A stretch of 64,000 bases of DNA from Methanotrichaceae archaeon (GCA_963803145.1 CAWDLW010000013.1:20721-84720), one strand, 5' to 3'; positions 43,301 through 54,569 are shown, counted from the first letter of the stretch. Notes: a model not told the origin generated them from the letters alone. Numbers and translations are program-made.

Positions 43301-45615
43301 CGGCAAACATTTACGATAAAGATGGGACATCAGTCATAGCCACAATAGCTCAAGGCCAAGATATAACTGAACAGAAGCTCGCACAGGAGCAGATCCGATT
43401 CCATGCATCTCTGCTCGATCAGGTCCACAATGCTGTAATAGCCACAGACCTCGATGGAAAGATAATATACTGGAATAAGTTTGCTGAAACTTTGTATCAA
43501 TGGAAGGCCGAGGAGGTCAGCGGCAAGAATATCTTCGATACAATAGTGCCTGGGGATAAGATTTCTACAGTGTATGATGTCATCTCTCGGATAGACAATA
43601 CAGGTTACTCAGATGGTGAGTTTCAGGCGAGAAGGAAAGATGGGAGCTCATTCCCTGCATATTATACATTCAGCGTTGTTAAGGACCTCAACGATAGGAA
43701 GATCGGGTACCTGGGCGTAAGCGTAGACATAACGGAGCGTAAACGGGCCGAGGCAGATCTGCGAAATGCCAAGGAGGCTGCTGAATCTGCTACTAGGGCA
43801 AAGTCCGATTTCTTGGCGAATATGAGCCATGAGATACGTACACCCATGAATGCAGTGATCGGTCTGACTGGACTAATGCTTAATACAGAGCTTACACCCG
43901 AACAAAGTGACTACATCGAGACTATTCGCAGCAGTGGAGAAACACTCCTTGCCCTCATAAACGATATTCTGGACTTCTCCAAGATAGAGGGCGGCAAGAT
44001 GGAGCTGGAGGCTATGCCGTTCCATCTGATAGACTGCATTGAGGCGTCTTTAGATCTTATAGCTCCAGCCGCAGCTAGAAAGGGGCTGAGTTTATCATAT
44101 GCCGTTGAGGGAAGCGTTCCTAATAACATAGTAAGCGATGTAACCAGACTGCGCCAGATACTGGCGAACCTTCTGAGCAATGCAGTCAAGTTCACAAAGA
44201 CTGGAGAAATCTCTATAATCGTTTCATCGAAGAAGGAAGGAGATAGCAATCTTATTCAATTCGCTGTCAAGGATACTGGGATTGGGATACCAGAAAGTCG
44301 CATGGATCGACTCTTCCAATCATTCAGTCAGATAGATACATCCATGACACGCAAATATGGAGGGACTGGCCTCGGTCTTGCGATAAGCAAAAGGCTTGTT
44401 GAGCTAATGGAAGGAAGCATTTGGGTCGAGAGCGAAGAGGGCAAAGGCTCTACATTCTTTTTCACAATCAATGCTAAGGAAGCTCCCTGTGTATCTATAT
44501 CAGAACTAGAGGGGAGAAAGATCCTGGTCGTCACATATGAAGAGAACCTAAGTAACGTCGTCACCGGCCATCTTGAATCCTGGTCAATGCTGCCCAAGAC
44601 AGTAACATCCAGCACGGAAGTACTGGAAGCAGTCACCTGCGATAAGTTCGACATGGCCATTCTGGATATGCAGATGAATGGAATCGAGGGCTTGATCAAG
44701 GATCTGCATGATAATAGACATATACCTATTGTTGCCCTAGGCGTGCCGAGGCAGGATGGAGATCTGTTTGCGGCCGTTGTTTCGAGGCCTATTCTGCCCT
44801 CCAGGCTTTGCGATGCCCTATCCAAAGCCGCCAGGAAGGCAAATATTGGAAGGAATACGCCTGCTTTGGATACGGATAGGTTACCATTGCGCATATTGCT
44901 TGCAGAGGATAACATCGTAAACCAGAAGGTTGGACTACGCATGCTCGAACGCCTTGGCTACCATGCAGATGTTGCCGCCAACGGCCTGGAAGTACTACAA
45001 GCATTGGAGCGCCAGCCCTACGATGTGATCCTGATGGATATTCAGATGCCTGAAATGGATGGCCTTGAAGCTGCGAGACGTGTACGAATGCTCCCCGAAG
45101 GAAAGGAGATATATATCATAGCCATAACTGCCCATGCCTTGAAGGGCGATAGGGAAACATGCTTCAATGCCGGAATGAACGACTATATCAGCAAACCAGT
45201 TAGGATAGAGGACCTACAGGATGCTCTAGAGCACAGCAAAGCCTTCAAGGAGATCAAGCCTGCACTCGATCCAACGGCAGTATCAAAGCTAAGAGAGCTT
45301 CAGGTGGATGGAGAGCCTGACATTCTTGATGAGCTTGGGAGCCTTTTTGTATCCAATGCGCCTGAAAAAATCAAGGCTATGGCTGATGCTATTTCCAAAG
45401 GAAACGCAGATGCACTTCAGAAAGTTGCTCATAATTTGAAGTCCAGCAGTGCCAATATTGGAGCCCTAAATTTGTCCGGAATCTGCAAGAAGCTAGAGCT
45501 TCTCGGGCGATCAGGGACATTAAAAGACGCAAAAAATCTACTTGAGAGGGCTGAGATAGAATATGGGCGTGTAAAGGCTGCTCTTGAAGAGAATAAGTTG
45601 AAGGATAAATCCTAG
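40351..45615 (+). CDS. Hybrid multi-sensor histidine kinase (PAS, GAF, PAS x2, GAF, PAS x3, HisKA, HATPase, REC x2, Hpt)
   Basis: FLANMSHEIRTPMN, NLLSNAVKFT, DTGIG, GGTGLGL, ILLAEDN..LMDIQMP..SKP, Hpt AHNLKSSS. Confidence 0.93.
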   Translation: MNLDLAYRSILDYMDEAVCVLDSQSKIMYMNPAAEKLAGHGAPDPLGKTFDEVFCACIIEKPTKPGHNRCKTVDNGLEISTSSLFDEGRPIGSIVFLKKSSLSNDNCRKTSQEIKADVAQDLAALIARNADAEEVKRRDRFLTGVALATNLLLTNRDDDLIVNQVLELLGYSADVDRVFIFENYDENGEHFHRLRYEWARDKIKPQMSDPGTYCSSFSSFPGGYETLANGMPIKGLTRDLPETAKEFLCGPGTLSFLVVPLFIGENLWGTIGFHDCRSERRWTWCEVSILLTMAGTIGGILLYQKAEDALKKGEKNYRELVEGANSIIMRRDVSGKINFLNKFALKFFGYPEEEIIGKNVVGTIVPATDSTGRDLRKMIEEIGRYPERYAMNINENMRSNGDRAWIAWANRPILNEKGDVVEILCIGNDITDRKTAEEKLKAEHEQLLGIIEFLPDATFVIDKDKKVIAWNRAIEEMTGINKEHIIGKGDYIYGLPFYGDPRPMLIDLIDSENKEIESNYIYIDRKDGRLYAEAFVPSLNSSKGAYVWATASPLYNDKGEIIGSIESIRDITQQKVSADEIKRRDLLLAGIAASANALLIAQDDESDITQALEILGLSANADRIYICENIDPEKSRVMSRIFEWCREGIPHQIDNQCAKNISYIQHFQNWYNDLEMGKTINGSIRGLTGSARDLTEPEISLLKSQGILSLLIVPITIEEKLWGFVGIDDCRSERVWMQSEISILSVAAASIGEMMARRSAERALQRSEENYRALVENINDVIFKLDNQGRFTYMSPVIEQISGHKLSEIIGQPFTIFVHPDDQPGLQASFERLLAGRLEPYEFRSRDKNGKYRHVRTSSRILIENGQPAGFIGVLTDITKRKQAEEKLRETRDYLENLIDYANAPIIVWDPTFRITRVNRAFERLTGLKATQVLGKPLDILFPDMSRDESIDHIQRTLSGERWETVEIPIKRKDGDVRIVQWNSANIYDKDGTSVIATIAQGQDITEQKLAQEQIRFHASLLDQVHNAVIATDLDGKIIYWNKFAETLYQWKAEEVSGKNIFDTIVPGDKISTVYDVISRIDNTGYSDGEFQARRKDGSSFPAYYTFSVVKDLNDRKIGYLGVSVDITERKRAEADLRNAKEAAESATRAKSDFLANMSHEIRTPMNAVIGLTGLMLNTELTPEQSDYIETIRSSGETLLALINDILDFSKIEGGKMELEAMPFHLIDCIEASLDLIAPAAARKGLSLSYAVEGSVPNNIVSDVTRLRQILANLLSNAVKFTKTGEISIIVSSKKEGDSNLIQFAVKDTGIGIPESRMDRLFQSFSQIDTSMTRKYGGTGLGLAISKRLVELMEGSIWVESEEGKGSTFFFTINAKEAPCVSISELEGRKILVVTYEENLSNVVTGHLESWSMLPKTVTSSTEVLEAVTCDKFDMAILDMQMNGIEGLIKDLHDNRHIPIVALGVPRQDGDLFAAVVSRPILPSRLCDALSKAARKANIGRNTPALDTDRLPLRILLAEDNIVNQKVGLRMLERLGYHADVAANGLEVLQALERQPYDVILMDIQMPEMDGLEAARRVRMLPEGKEIYIIAITAHALKGDRETCFNAGMNDYISKPVRIEDLQDALEHSKAFKEIKPALDPTAVSKLRELQVDGEPDILDELGSLFVSNAPEKIKAMADAISKGNADALQKVAHNLKSSSANIGALNLSGICKKLELLGRSGTLKDAKNLLERAEIEYGRVKAALEENKLKDKS

Positions 45616-45700
45616 GATCACGGCTATTAGCATTAATAGTATTATTTGTATTGACTTGTGCTAATGATGGTTTTTATTTATAGATCATTATGATCTGAGT

Positions 45701-46678
45701 TCACAAATCATTATGATCTGAGACGCCCAGCGCAAAGTAAGCCAACAGTGCCTCGAGCTGTATTCTCTCGTTAGCACCTTCCGTCATCCTGAAATCAGCC
45801 TCACCTATGCGATCGATAAGTCTAGCCTTATCCTTATCAGGCAGATCCATATCTACCAGAGCTCTGTGAATCTGCACGACTACATCATCCCCTGACAGCC
45901 CTTTGGATAAAAGAAGATCATCCAGCATGCCTCTAGCTTTGGCAAAATCGCCCGATAGAGATGTTTTTATAAATTCCCGTATCTCCTCAGGCTTAGCTGT
46001 GGAAGTTATCTGGTAGATCGTTTCTTCATCCACTTTATCGTGAATAAGCGCTGCAGCCTGAAGGGCGTTTATTGCCTTCCTCATATCGCCTCCGGCAACA
46101 TATTCGATAGCCGATAAGCCCCCCTCTGTTATCTTCAGGCCCTCCTGTTCTGCTACGTACCTTATCCTCTTAGAAACAGCCTCAGCGGAAAGAGGCTTGA
46201 ACCGATAAACTGCACAGCGGGACTGAATAGGTTCTATTATCTTAGATGAATAGTTGCAGGATAGTATAAATCGGGTTGTTGCACTATAGCGCTCCATTGT
46301 CCTTCGCAGCGCATTTTGAGCATCATTTGTAAGTGCATCTGCCTCATCAAGGAAGATTACCTTAAAATCAGCATTTCCTAAAGGAGCCATTCTTGCAAAA
46401 TCTTTGACCTTATGGCGGATGATATCTATGCCGCGTTCATCCGAAGCATTTAGCTCTATGAAGTTATTTCTCCAGCTCTCTCCGAAGATCTCCTTGACTA
46501 TGGCTATAGCTGCAGCTGTTTTACCTACACCAGGGGGGCCTGAGAATAGCAGATGAGGCAGGTTCCTGCTCTTGACGTATGATCTCAAGCGCCTGATGAT
46601 CTCATCCTGGCCGACGATCTCGTCGAGCCTCTCAGGCCGATACTTCTCGATCCAGATCTCCTCTTTGATCAGTTCCAC
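45701..46678 (-). CDS. rfcS: Replication factor C small subunit
   Basis: WIEKYRP, GPPGVGKT, ELNASDERGID, DEAD, QSRC. Confidence 0.96.
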   Translation of the reverse strand: MELIKEEIWIEKYRPERLDEIVGQDEIIRRLRSYVKSRNLPHLLFSGPPGVGKTAAAIAIVKEIFGESWRNNFIELNASDERGIDIIRHKVKDFARMAPLGNADFKVIFLDEADALTNDAQNALRRTMERYSATTRFILSCNYSSKIIEPIQSRCAVYRFKPLSAEAVSKRIRYVAEQEGLKITEGGLSAIEYVAGGDMRKAINALQAAALIHDKVDEETIYQITSTAKPEEIREFIKTSLSGDFAKARGMLDDLLLSKGLSGDDVVVQIHRALVDMDLPDKDKARLIDRIGEADFRMTEGANERIQLEALLAYFALGVSDHNDL

Positions 46679-46809
46679 GCTCCCTTTTAGGCTGTCAATA
46701 CGCCACATCAATATATCAATATTCCTCAAACGGTGTCACTCTTCTTGAAGTCATAAAGACTAAATAGAGAATGGGCATATGGAGGCATTCGTTTTTCGGA
46801 GGATTGTAC

Positions 46810-49800
46810 GTGATCGTTGAGGTGGCAGGACAGTATAATGCGCATGAAATAGAAGATCAGATCAGAGAGCTTTGGGAGAAGGCCGATACCTACCATAAGG
46901 TAAGGGCACTTAGAGCTTCAGGAAAGAAGTTCTTCTTCGTTGATGGGCCACCTTACACTACAGGAAGGATTCACCTAGGAACCGCCTGGAACAAAGTGAT
47001 CAAGGATTCAATCCTCCGTTATAGGTCAATGAATGGCGGAAGCGTAAAGGACCGCGCAGGCTGGGATATGCACGGCCTTCCCATCGAAGTCAAGGTTGAG
47101 GAGTCATTCGGCTTTAAAAGCAAGAAGGATATCGAGGCCTATGGTGTATCCAAGTTCATAGACCGCTGTAAGGAATTCGCGCTCCGCCAGAAAGACGATA
47201 TGACAGCACAGTTCAAGGCCCTAGGGGTCTGGATGGATTGGGATAACCCCTACATGACGCTGCGGAACGAATATATGGAAGCCGCATGGTGGACTCTAAA
47301 AAGGGCTAATGAACATGGACTTCTTGAGCGGGGCTTACGTGTCGTCAACTGGTGCCCAAGATGTGAGACAGCCATTGCCGATTCTGAGGTCGAATACTGG
47401 GAGGAGACAGACTATTCGATTTATGTTAAGTTTCCAGTAGAGAGTGAGCCAAATACATATATCGTTATCTGGACGACAACTCCTTGGACAATACCAGCAA
47501 ACGTAGCAGTAGCTGTTCATCCTGAGTTCGAATATTCCAAGGTCAGGGCATGGAAGGGTGACGGACAGGTCGATGTCCTGATCATGGCATCGGACCTTGT
47601 AGAATCGGTCCTGAGAGAGGGACGCTACAAGGATTATGAAGTCATTGAGAAGCTCTCGCCCGGGGATCTTACCGATCTGAAGTACAAACATCCCTTATTG
47701 GATCTTATCCCAAAGCAGGCGGAGATAACCCATAGCGTCTATACTGCAGATTTCGTTACAGCAGAGAACACAGGATGCGTTCATATTGCTCCAGGCCACG
47801 GTCTCGAGGACTTCGAGCTTGGAATGGATAATGAGCTTGATATCTTCTGTCCAGTGGGCGAAGACGGACGCTACACTGAGGAAGCCGGGCTGAAGTACGA
47901 CGGAAAGTACGTCAAAGAGGCCGATGGTGAGGTTATCCTTGACCTGGAAGACCGTGGACTGCTCCTTTCCCAGGGAAGGCTGGCTCACAGATATGGCCAT
48001 TGCTGGCGCTGCAAAACCCCAATTATCTTCATAGCTACAAGCCAGTGGTTCCTCAAGATTTCTGATCTTAAGGACAAGATGCTTCAAGAGGTAAGCAAGG
48101 TAACCTGGTATCCCGAGTGGGCTGGCTCAGCGAGGTTTAGCGATTGGATCAGCAACGCCAGAGACTGGTGCATCTCAAGGCAGAGGTACTGGGGAATTCC
48201 ACTGCCGATCTGGACATGCCAGAAATGTGGGCGGCTGGAGGTCATAGGCACAGCAAAGGAGCTTGAAGAACGGAGCGGCGAGAAGGTTCCTGAGCTCCAC
48301 AGGCCCGATGTAGATCGCATCGTCCTTAATTGTCCGTGCGGCGGCGGGATGTTGCGCTCGCCTGATGTTTTCGATGTCTGGTTCGATAGCGCAGTGGCAT
48401 CCTGGGCAACGCTGAACTTCCCACGTGACCAAAAGGCATTTGATGAGTGGTGGCCTGCCGATTTCATCACAGAGGGGCACGATCAAACCCGCGGCTGGTT
48501 CTACTCTCAATTGGGCGCTGCAATGGTCTCCTTCGGAAGAGCCCCTTACAGAAGCGTTCTTATGCACGGCTTCACGCTGGACGATCAGGGCAGAAAGATG
48601 TCCAAAAGCATAGGGAATGTAGTCCAGCCCGAAGAGGTTCTCAAGAATTATGGAGCCGATACCCTGAGACTTTATGTCCTGGGAGCAAATGCACCCTGGG
48701 AGGATCTGCACTTCTCCTGGGATGCTGTCGAAAACGTCGATAGGATGCTGAATATCTTCTGGAATGCCTACAGATTTGCGCTGCCCTATATGATACTTGA
48801 TGGATTTGATGCAACAAAAGGCGATCTGTCAAAGTATAAGAACAATCTGCGCCCTGAGGATCGGTGGATTCTCTCAAGGATCAACACGCTAGCAGAGGAA
48901 ATAAATGAGAGCATGGATCAGTATCAGCTTCACAGGATCGCTAGATCGCTGTCTGATTTCATCTTGGAAGATCTATCAAGGTGGTATATCCAGCTTGTTA
49001 GGCCCAGGACCTGGATTGAGCAGGATGATCCTGACAAGCTGGCAGCATATGCGACGATCTATGAGGTTCTCGTGACCCTTTCCAAACTCATGGCACCCTT
49101 CACGCCATTCCTGGCAGAGTCGATCTACCAGAATATGGTCCGTGGACTCGATCCAAATGCTCCTGAGTCTGTACACATGTGTGACTGGCCGATGGCATCG
49201 GAGGATCTGATTGATCGAAAGCTGGAAGAGAGCATGTCCGCTTGCCGAGATGTCTCCGAGGCAGCCTTAAACGCACGCCAGAAGGCAGGTCGAAAGCTGA
49301 GGTGGCCTGTTTCTGAGATTGTAATCTCCCCAACTGAAGAAACACTGGATCTAAGTAGCCTTGAAATGGTTATCAAGGGCCAGACAAACGCCAAGAAGAT
49401 AACTGTGCTTGGGCCGGGGGAGAAGCCCAAGATGAACCTTGAGATGTCTCCTGTTCATAAGAAGATAGGTCCTGTCTATAAAGGAGAAGCCAAAGGGGTC
49501 ATTGAGGCCTTAAAAGCTGCAGATCCATTTGAGATAAAAAGACAGCTGGATGTGAAAGGTGAGGCGGCAGTCTCCTGGGAAGGCAAAAGCTATTCGATAA
49601 ACAAGGAAATGGTCGAGTTCAAAGAGATCCCACCTGAGAACCTTTCAGCCGCCGATTTCTCCAAGGGCTTTGTTTACGTCGATGTAACGCTTACCCCTGA
49701 TCTCGAATCGGAGGGATATGCCCGAGAGATCATAAGACGGATACAGGACATGCGAAAGGAGCTTGACCTGCGTGTTGTGGACCAGATTAAGGCTGCTGTT

Positions 49801-49974
49801 GATATCGAAGATAAATCTGTGCTTGATCTTGTCATGAAACAGAAGGATTACATAGCAGGTGAGGTCAGGGCAGCACAGATGGATATCGGCGCAGGATTGG
49901 ATATCAATGGAAGACTAGCCAAGGACTGGGATATAGAGAACCTGAAGATTAGGATAGGGATAGAGAAGGTTTAA
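46810..49974 (+). CDS. ileS: Isoleucine--tRNA ligase
   Basis: DGPPY..G.IHLG (HIGH), [30 protein letters not shown]. Confidence 0.97.
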   Translation: MIVEVAGQYNAHEIEDQIRELWEKADTYHKVRALRASGKKFFFVDGPPYTTGRIHLGTAWNKVIKDSILRYRSMNGGSVKDRAGWDMHGLPIEVKVEESFGFKSKKDIEAYGVSKFIDRCKEFALRQKDDMTAQFKALGVWMDWDNPYMTLRNEYMEAAWWTLKRANEHGLLERGLRVVNWCPRCETAIADSEVEYWEETDYSIYVKFPVESEPNTYIVIWTTTPWTIPANVAVAVHPEFEYSKVRAWKGDGQVDVLIMASDLVESVLREGRYKDYEVIEKLSPGDLTDLKYKHPLLDLIPKQAEITHSVYTADFVTAENTGCVHIAPGHGLEDFELGMDNELDIFCPVGEDGRYTEEAGLKYDGKYVKEADGEVILDLEDRGLLLSQGRLAHRYGHCWRCKTPIIFIATSQWFLKISDLKDKMLQEVSKVTWYPEWAGSARFSDWISNARDWCISRQRYWGIPLPIWTCQKCGRLEVIGTAKELEERSGEKVPELHRPDVDRIVLNCPCGGGMLRSPDVFDVWFDSAVASWATLNFPRDQKAFDEWWPADFITEGHDQTRGWFYSQLGAAMVSFGRAPYRSVLMHGFTLDDQGRKMSKSIGNVVQPEEVLKNYGADTLRLYVLGANAPWEDLHFSWDAVENVDRMLNIFWNAYRFALPYMILDGFDATKGDLSKYKNNLRPEDRWILSRINTLAEEINESMDQYQLHRIARSLSDFILEDLSRWYIQLVRPRTWIEQDDPDKLAAYATIYEVLVTLSKLMAPFTPFLAESIYQNMVRGLDPNAPESVHMCDWPMASEDLIDRKLEESMSACRDVSEAALNARQKAGRKLRWPVSEIVISPTEETLDLSSLEMVIKGQTNAKKITVLGPGEKPKMNLEMSPVHKKIGPVYKGEAKGVIEALKAADPFEIKRQLDVKGEAAVSWEGKSYSINKEMVEFKEIPPENLSAADFSKGFVYVDVTLTPDLESEGYAREIIRRIQDMRKELDLRVVDQIKAAVDIEDKSVLDLVMKQKDYIAGEVRAAQMDIGAGLDINGRLAKDWDIENLKIRIGIEKV

Positions 49975-49992
49975 TCGCCGGAGATTTATAAG

Positions 49993-50469
49993 ATGAGCAT
50001 ACAATATGACCCTATGGAGATGCCGGTTCCAGTAAAGGTTAAGGGCGTTTACATCGCTGAATCTACGGGCAGCTCACCAGCTCCAGTTGTTCTTCTGGAA
50101 GATGATAAGTCTAGAATAGTGCCCATATTCGTGGGGCTCTCTGAGGCAATCTCCATTCATCATGCCCTTTTAGGAGAGCTTTCTCCAAGACCAATGACCC
50201 ATGATTTGTTTATCTCGGTTCTTGAAGCTCTTAAGGCAAGCATACTTAAGGTGCTCATCGATGATCTCGACGGTGGCATTTACTATGCCCGACTCTCAAT
50301 AAAAGATGACTCAAAAGAGAGCGAGATAGATGCGAGACCTAGCGATTGCCTTGCTCTGGCTCTGAGGGCAAAGGCCCCAATCGAGATACAAGAAAAGGTG
50401 ATACTAGAGTCCAGCATAAGCAAAAGCGATATGGAGAAGCTGATGAGTATAGAGAATTTCCTGCAGTAA
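49993..50469 (+). CDS. Bifunctional nuclease family protein (DUF151)
   Basis: PIFVG..EA.SI, RPMTHDL, IDARPSD.LALALR. Confidence 0.9.
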   Translation: MSIQYDPMEMPVPVKVKGVYIAESTGSSPAPVVLLEDDKSRIVPIFVGLSEAISIHHALLGELSPRPMTHDLFISVLEALKASILKVLIDDLDGGIYYARLSIKDDSKESEIDARPSDCLALALRAKAPIEIQEKVILESSISKSDMEKLMSIENFLQ

Positions 50470-50470
50470 C

Positions 50471-50902
50471 TCACTGGATCCTAATTCTTCTGGGTTGCTT
50501 CCTCCCCTCCTTTGTCTCCTTTCCTTCGGACAACTCCCCCGGCTCAGAAAGGCACTTTAGGACATTAGCGCCCTCGACATCAATCAGCCATCTTGTACTT
50601 GCCCAGTGACTAGGGACATCTACATTTGCCCTTAGGAAGCAGGTGGCATCCTGTGGGACATGAAGCCCGACCTCATTCAGCGTATCATTCAGCCAATCAG
50701 GAACTCTTCTGTCCACAGCCATTCTTGTAAGCACAATCCGACCAATATCCAGCAGCCTCTGGTGCACAAAGAACTGATGACCGAGAAAATCGAGCGTATC
50801 GGAAATGGTCACATCATTGCCATATGCTTCCTGTAAGCGTTTGTGAAGCTCAGAAACAGCATCATAGACTGAAGAGGATACAGGTAAATATGCTTCCGCC
50901 AT
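50471..50902 (-). CDS. Hypothetical protein
   Basis: 143-aa ORF convergent with the DUF151 gene. Confidence 0.6.
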   Translation of the reverse strand: MAEAYLPVSSSVYDAVSELHKRLQEAYGNDVTISDTLDFLGHQFFVHQRLLDIGRIVLTRMAVDRRVPDWLNDTLNEVGLHVPQDATCFLRANVDVPSHWASTRWLIDVEGANVLKCLSEPGELSEGKETKEGRKQPRRIRIQ

Positions 50903-51159
50903 CTTTATCTTGCCCCATTATTTTATCAGAAAATCTCTTTATTAGTTTGCTCTTCTAATTTAAAGAGTTCTCAAAGTAAATATATCTGATGATTGCTGAA
51001 TAGGCATCATTGCATTATCAAGCTAATCGTTATAGATAGTAGGAATTAGGAAGCATAAACATTAACAGCGGCAAGAGTTAGTTACGATTCCAGTTATATC
51101 CTCTTTTTACTCCGTCCGTTATTATTATAATTGTTGGAATCCTTAAATTAGAAAGGACA

Positions 51160-52197
51160 ATGAATACGTCCACATCTGAGAACCATAATGTAGAGGATAT
51201 AATATCTGTACTTGCACATTATAAACTGGGAACCCTTCAAAGTATTAAGCCTGCCAGCGGCGGCATGACCAATGATAACTGGTTCATCGTGACCAGTACT
51301 GGAAGATACTTCCTCAGACGGCGACACCCTTTATTTAGCTCAGCATCCATCGACTTCGAGCTTGGTCTAATTGAATATCTCATCGCAAGAGGCTTTCCAA
51401 CCGCCCCAGTGATTCGTGCCAGAGACAGTTCCATCAGAATCGAGGCCTTTGGCCGCAATTGGGAGATCTATAAGTACATTTCAGGAGAGCGATTTGATAC
51501 AGCAAACCTCTCCCAGATTCATAGTGCTGCTCAGCTACTGGCCAGCTTTCACATGACGGGAGTAGGCTACAAAGGAGATGTATATGTCGGAGCCAAACGC
51601 GCGATTGATTTTAACAGAGCTATAAAGTTCATAGATATCTTTGAGGAGGATATGGCTGCAAGGAAAAGCACCTATGGCGTACTTGGCATGTTCCTCGCAA
51701 CATCTCTGATAGGCTTCTTCCGGAGTCAAGCGAAGACAGTGCTAAAAGGGATCATGCCACTCTCAAGCGTGCCTTCCACAATCATCCATGGAGATTTCCA
51801 GCCCTCAAATGTTATTTTCAGTGGCGATAAAGCAATTGCTCTGGTAGACTTTGGAGATTCTGGGCTATCTTATAGAGCATACGATATTGCTAAGGCTGTT
51901 CTGCGCTTCTCCACACTTCGCCCAGATTACAATAATCAGAGCAATATGCACTCCTTCATGGATCTCAAGCGCGCTAGTACGTTCATCGGCGCCTACCAGG
52001 AAAAGCTGCCTCTGAGCAGCCTAGAGATAAATACAATTCCAGCACTCTTGAAAGGAGCTTATCTATATGATGTCGGATTTTTCTTGTGGAAGCAGACCAA
52101 TCCAATACAACAAGCGCTCTGGCTGTTCAAAGCATGGCAGTTCAGTGAATGGATCGATAAATGTGGTCAAGTGATCAAAGAGATCTTGTTGAGTTAA
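51160..52197 (+). CDS. APH/homoserine-kinase type II-like phosphotransferase
   Basis: GGMTNDN, Brenner motif HGDFQPSN, DFG. Confidence 0.85.
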   Translation: MNTSTSENHNVEDIISVLAHYKLGTLQSIKPASGGMTNDNWFIVTSTGRYFLRRRHPLFSSASIDFELGLIEYLIARGFPTAPVIRARDSSIRIEAFGRNWEIYKYISGERFDTANLSQIHSAAQLLASFHMTGVGYKGDVYVGAKRAIDFNRAIKFIDIFEEDMAARKSTYGVLGMFLATSLIGFFRSQAKTVLKGIMPLSSVPSTIIHGDFQPSNVIFSGDKAIALVDFGDSGLSYRAYDIAKAVLRFSTLRPDYNNQSNMHSFMDLKRASTFIGAYQEKLPLSSLEINTIPALLKGAYLYDVGFFLWKQTNPIQQALWLFKAWQFSEWIDKCGQVIKEILLS

Positions 52198-52287
52198 ATA
52201 TAGCATAACTGCATTTTGATCCATAAGCACCATATTCGCTGAAGCATAGCGTCTCCCATAGGCTTATGTGCACGCGAAACTATAATC

Positions 52288-52866
52288 TTGATGGTAATGA
52301 TGATATCGAATGATGAGTTCCAGAAAATGCCTTTTGAAGCCAAGGTGTCCTACCTCACAGATAATCTTAGAAATTTGACGGAGGAGATTGTCCAGCAGGG
52401 GATAGACATCCTGGCCCAAGCAGGCGAGATTGAGTATGCTGTAATTCTTGCCAGAGATAAGGGATTGATTCAGAAGGCCATAGAGATATTGGTAAATGCT
52501 GGAGACTATCTATGGGCAGCGTTAATAGCAAAAAATGCTGGGTTAACTCAGGAATCGGAACGGCTTTACAGAGATGGCCTCGATTACTACATAGGTATGG
52601 AGATGTATGGCAGGGCGATCTCTGCTGCAAGGGCTCTGATGCTGCCCGCTGAGGAGATAGATGAGCTATTCAGGAAGGGAGTCGAGGTAGAAAGCAGAGG
52701 CATGAATATGAGCCCTGCAAGGGCCATGATTGAAAATGCAATGGATTCCTTAGAGATAGCAATCATGGGCAGAGAGGATGAGATATCCAAGGATCTAATG
52801 GATGCCATCCAGTCTGAAAGGAAAAGAAGGGAAGGGCAAAGCCAAAGCAAAGATGAAGACAAATAG
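52288..52866 (+). CDS. Alpha-helical hypothetical protein
   Basis: 192-aa ORF with a helical-repeat-like pattern. Confidence 0.65.
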   Translation: MMVMMISNDEFQKMPFEAKVSYLTDNLRNLTEEIVQQGIDILAQAGEIEYAVILARDKGLIQKAIEILVNAGDYLWAALIAKNAGLTQESERLYRDGLDYYIGMEMYGRAISAARALMLPAEEIDELFRKGVEVESRGMNMSPARAMIENAMDSLEIAIMGREDEISKDLMDAIQSERKRREGQSQSKDEDK

Positions 52867-52941
52867 GCTTGATGCCATTAGGCAGAGTTCATTGATTCCA
52901 TTCGCCCAAATTTCATCTGCCTAAATTCTATCAGCATTAAA

Positions 52942-53859
52942 TTATTTATCCCTCAACCTTAATTCTATCTCCATGAGATCATCGGCAATAATGGTATCCT
53001 CGAAGAACTTCTTGGCATCCGCAAGAAGAGGCGAGACATTTTCTGAATAACGGGAGCTGATATGGGTAATTACAAGCTTCCTAACGTTGGCACGCTTGGC
53101 AAGCTGTGCTGCCTCACCAGCGGTACTGTGCAACGTCTCACGAGCCCAATCTGCCATATCCTCTGCAAGGGCCCCATCATGGATCAAAAGATCTGCGTTA
53201 TTGCTCGCCAACTCGACAGATGTGCAGGGCCTTGTATCGCCTGTATAAACTATCTTTCGCCCAGGCCTCGGCTGGCCCATGACCTGATCCGGCCTAATTA
53301 CTTTGCCATCTATCTCTACAGTCTGCCCACGCTGGAGCCTTCCGAATAGTGGGCCGGCCGGGACGCCCAATGCGAGCGCAGCCTCACGATTGAACCTGCC
53401 TAGCCTGACGTCCTCCTTCAGGCAGTAGCCCAGGCTTGGCACGCTGTGCTTAGTCTCTATTGCCTCCACCTGATAGCCATCCATCTTAATTACATCGCCA
53501 GGCTCAAGCTCCATGACTCTGACCTCAAAGTCTCTTGCAAAGTAGCAGATTGCGCTGAATGCCTCAACCAGGCGGATTGTGTTTATAGGACCTGCAATCG
53601 TCAGCGGCTGCTCCCTGCCCTGGAAGGCCATTGTCTCCAGGAGTCCGGGTACGCCTAGGATATGATCCGCATGCAGATGTGTCAGAAAAATATATCCCAT
53701 GCGCATCATACCTGTGCGTGCACGCATCATCTGCCTTTGCGTGCCTTCGCCGCAATCAAAAAGCGTCATCTCGCCTTCTCTGTTCACGAGCACTGAAGAG
53801 GTATTCCTCTCAGGCGTGGGGAGGGAGCCAGCAGTTCCAAGGAAGATCACATTAAGCAT
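52942..53859 (-). CDS. rnz: Ribonuclease Z
   Basis: FLGT, DCGEGTQ, THLHADH, GP.FG.L exosite, GDT.P, HST, THIS.RY. Confidence 0.96.
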   Translation of the reverse strand: MLNVIFLGTAGSLPTPERNTSSVLVNREGEMTLFDCGEGTQRQMMRARTGMMRMGYIFLTHLHADHILGVPGLLETMAFQGREQPLTIAGPINTIRLVEAFSAICYFARDFEVRVMELEPGDVIKMDGYQVEAIETKHSVPSLGYCLKEDVRLGRFNREAALALGVPAGPLFGRLQRGQTVEIDGKVIRPDQVMGQPRPGRKIVYTGDTRPCTSVELASNNADLLIHDGALAEDMADWARETLHSTAGEAAQLAKRANVRKLVITHISSRYSENVSPLLADAKKFFEDTIIADDLMEIELRLRDK

Positions 53860-54044
53860 CTAAGACCTCAGCAAATTCCGCCGATGATGAGCGCCTCAAC
53901 AATATCATACTTTTCATCGATAGACTAAAAAGGGAAAAGAAGGCTATAAAGCCCTTTAGCTATAGATAATGCTTCTAATATTATCTATCATTAGCTATTT
54001 TAACCATCATTAGCTAGCTTGATCATCATTAACCATCAGCCAAA

Positions 54045-54569
54045 TTAGGAGCTGGACGCCCTTGAAGCAGTTCTGCCCCTGGAGGCAGCAGAGCGCACGC
54101 TCATATCCGCCTTCGCAGCCTCAAAGCGTTTGCCCAGGTCCTGCAGTTCATCTTTGTCCAGTTCCCTCTCAGCAGTGTCCAGTGTCTCCTTCTCTTCATC
54201 AATATGATGTTCTATGCCCTCAGTTAGAACCTTCAGCTTTGCGGCCCAGACGTCATTTCTTGGTGCATCATCCATCTGCGCTATTATCATCTTTGCTACA
54301 TTATGCTCCTCAATGGCTTCAAGTATTTCATCTTTCTTGAACTCTTTAATGACTGGATAAAATACTGCCTCTTCAGCATACATATGTCCGCAGAGAAGCT
54401 TTTTTACATTTGCCCAGGACTGATCTATATCACTGCTTTTGGTCTTGCTTGCGTCCTTTGCATCACTAAGCGCATCCATGGCCTTATCATGGTCCCGTTT
54501 AATTATATCGACCACATTCATATCCATACTAACATCTCCTGTCTTCTGCATGATCTCCAATGGTTCCAA
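54045..54569 (-). CDS. Hemerythrin/HHE cation-binding domain protein
   Basis: DH, H..AEE..FYP, EEH, EHHIDEE. Confidence 0.85.
   Translation of the reverse strand: MEPLEIMQKTGDVSMDMNVVDIIKRDHDKAMDALSDAKDASKTKSSDIDQSWANVKKLLCGHMYAEEAVFYPVIKEFKKDEILEAIEEHNVAKMIIAQMDDAPRNDVWAAKLKVLTEGIEHHIDEEKETLDTAERELDKDELQDLGKRFEAAKADMSVRSAASRGRTASRASSS

Noticed and set aside
40965-49430. Many antisense and nested ORFs within the kinase and ileS (and similarly in other long genes)
   Set aside because: Shadow ORFs of well-supported genes with no independent motifs
53960-54045. ATCATTAGCTA and TTAACCATCA short repeats
   Set aside because: Low-complexity 3' intergenic sequence with no regular period
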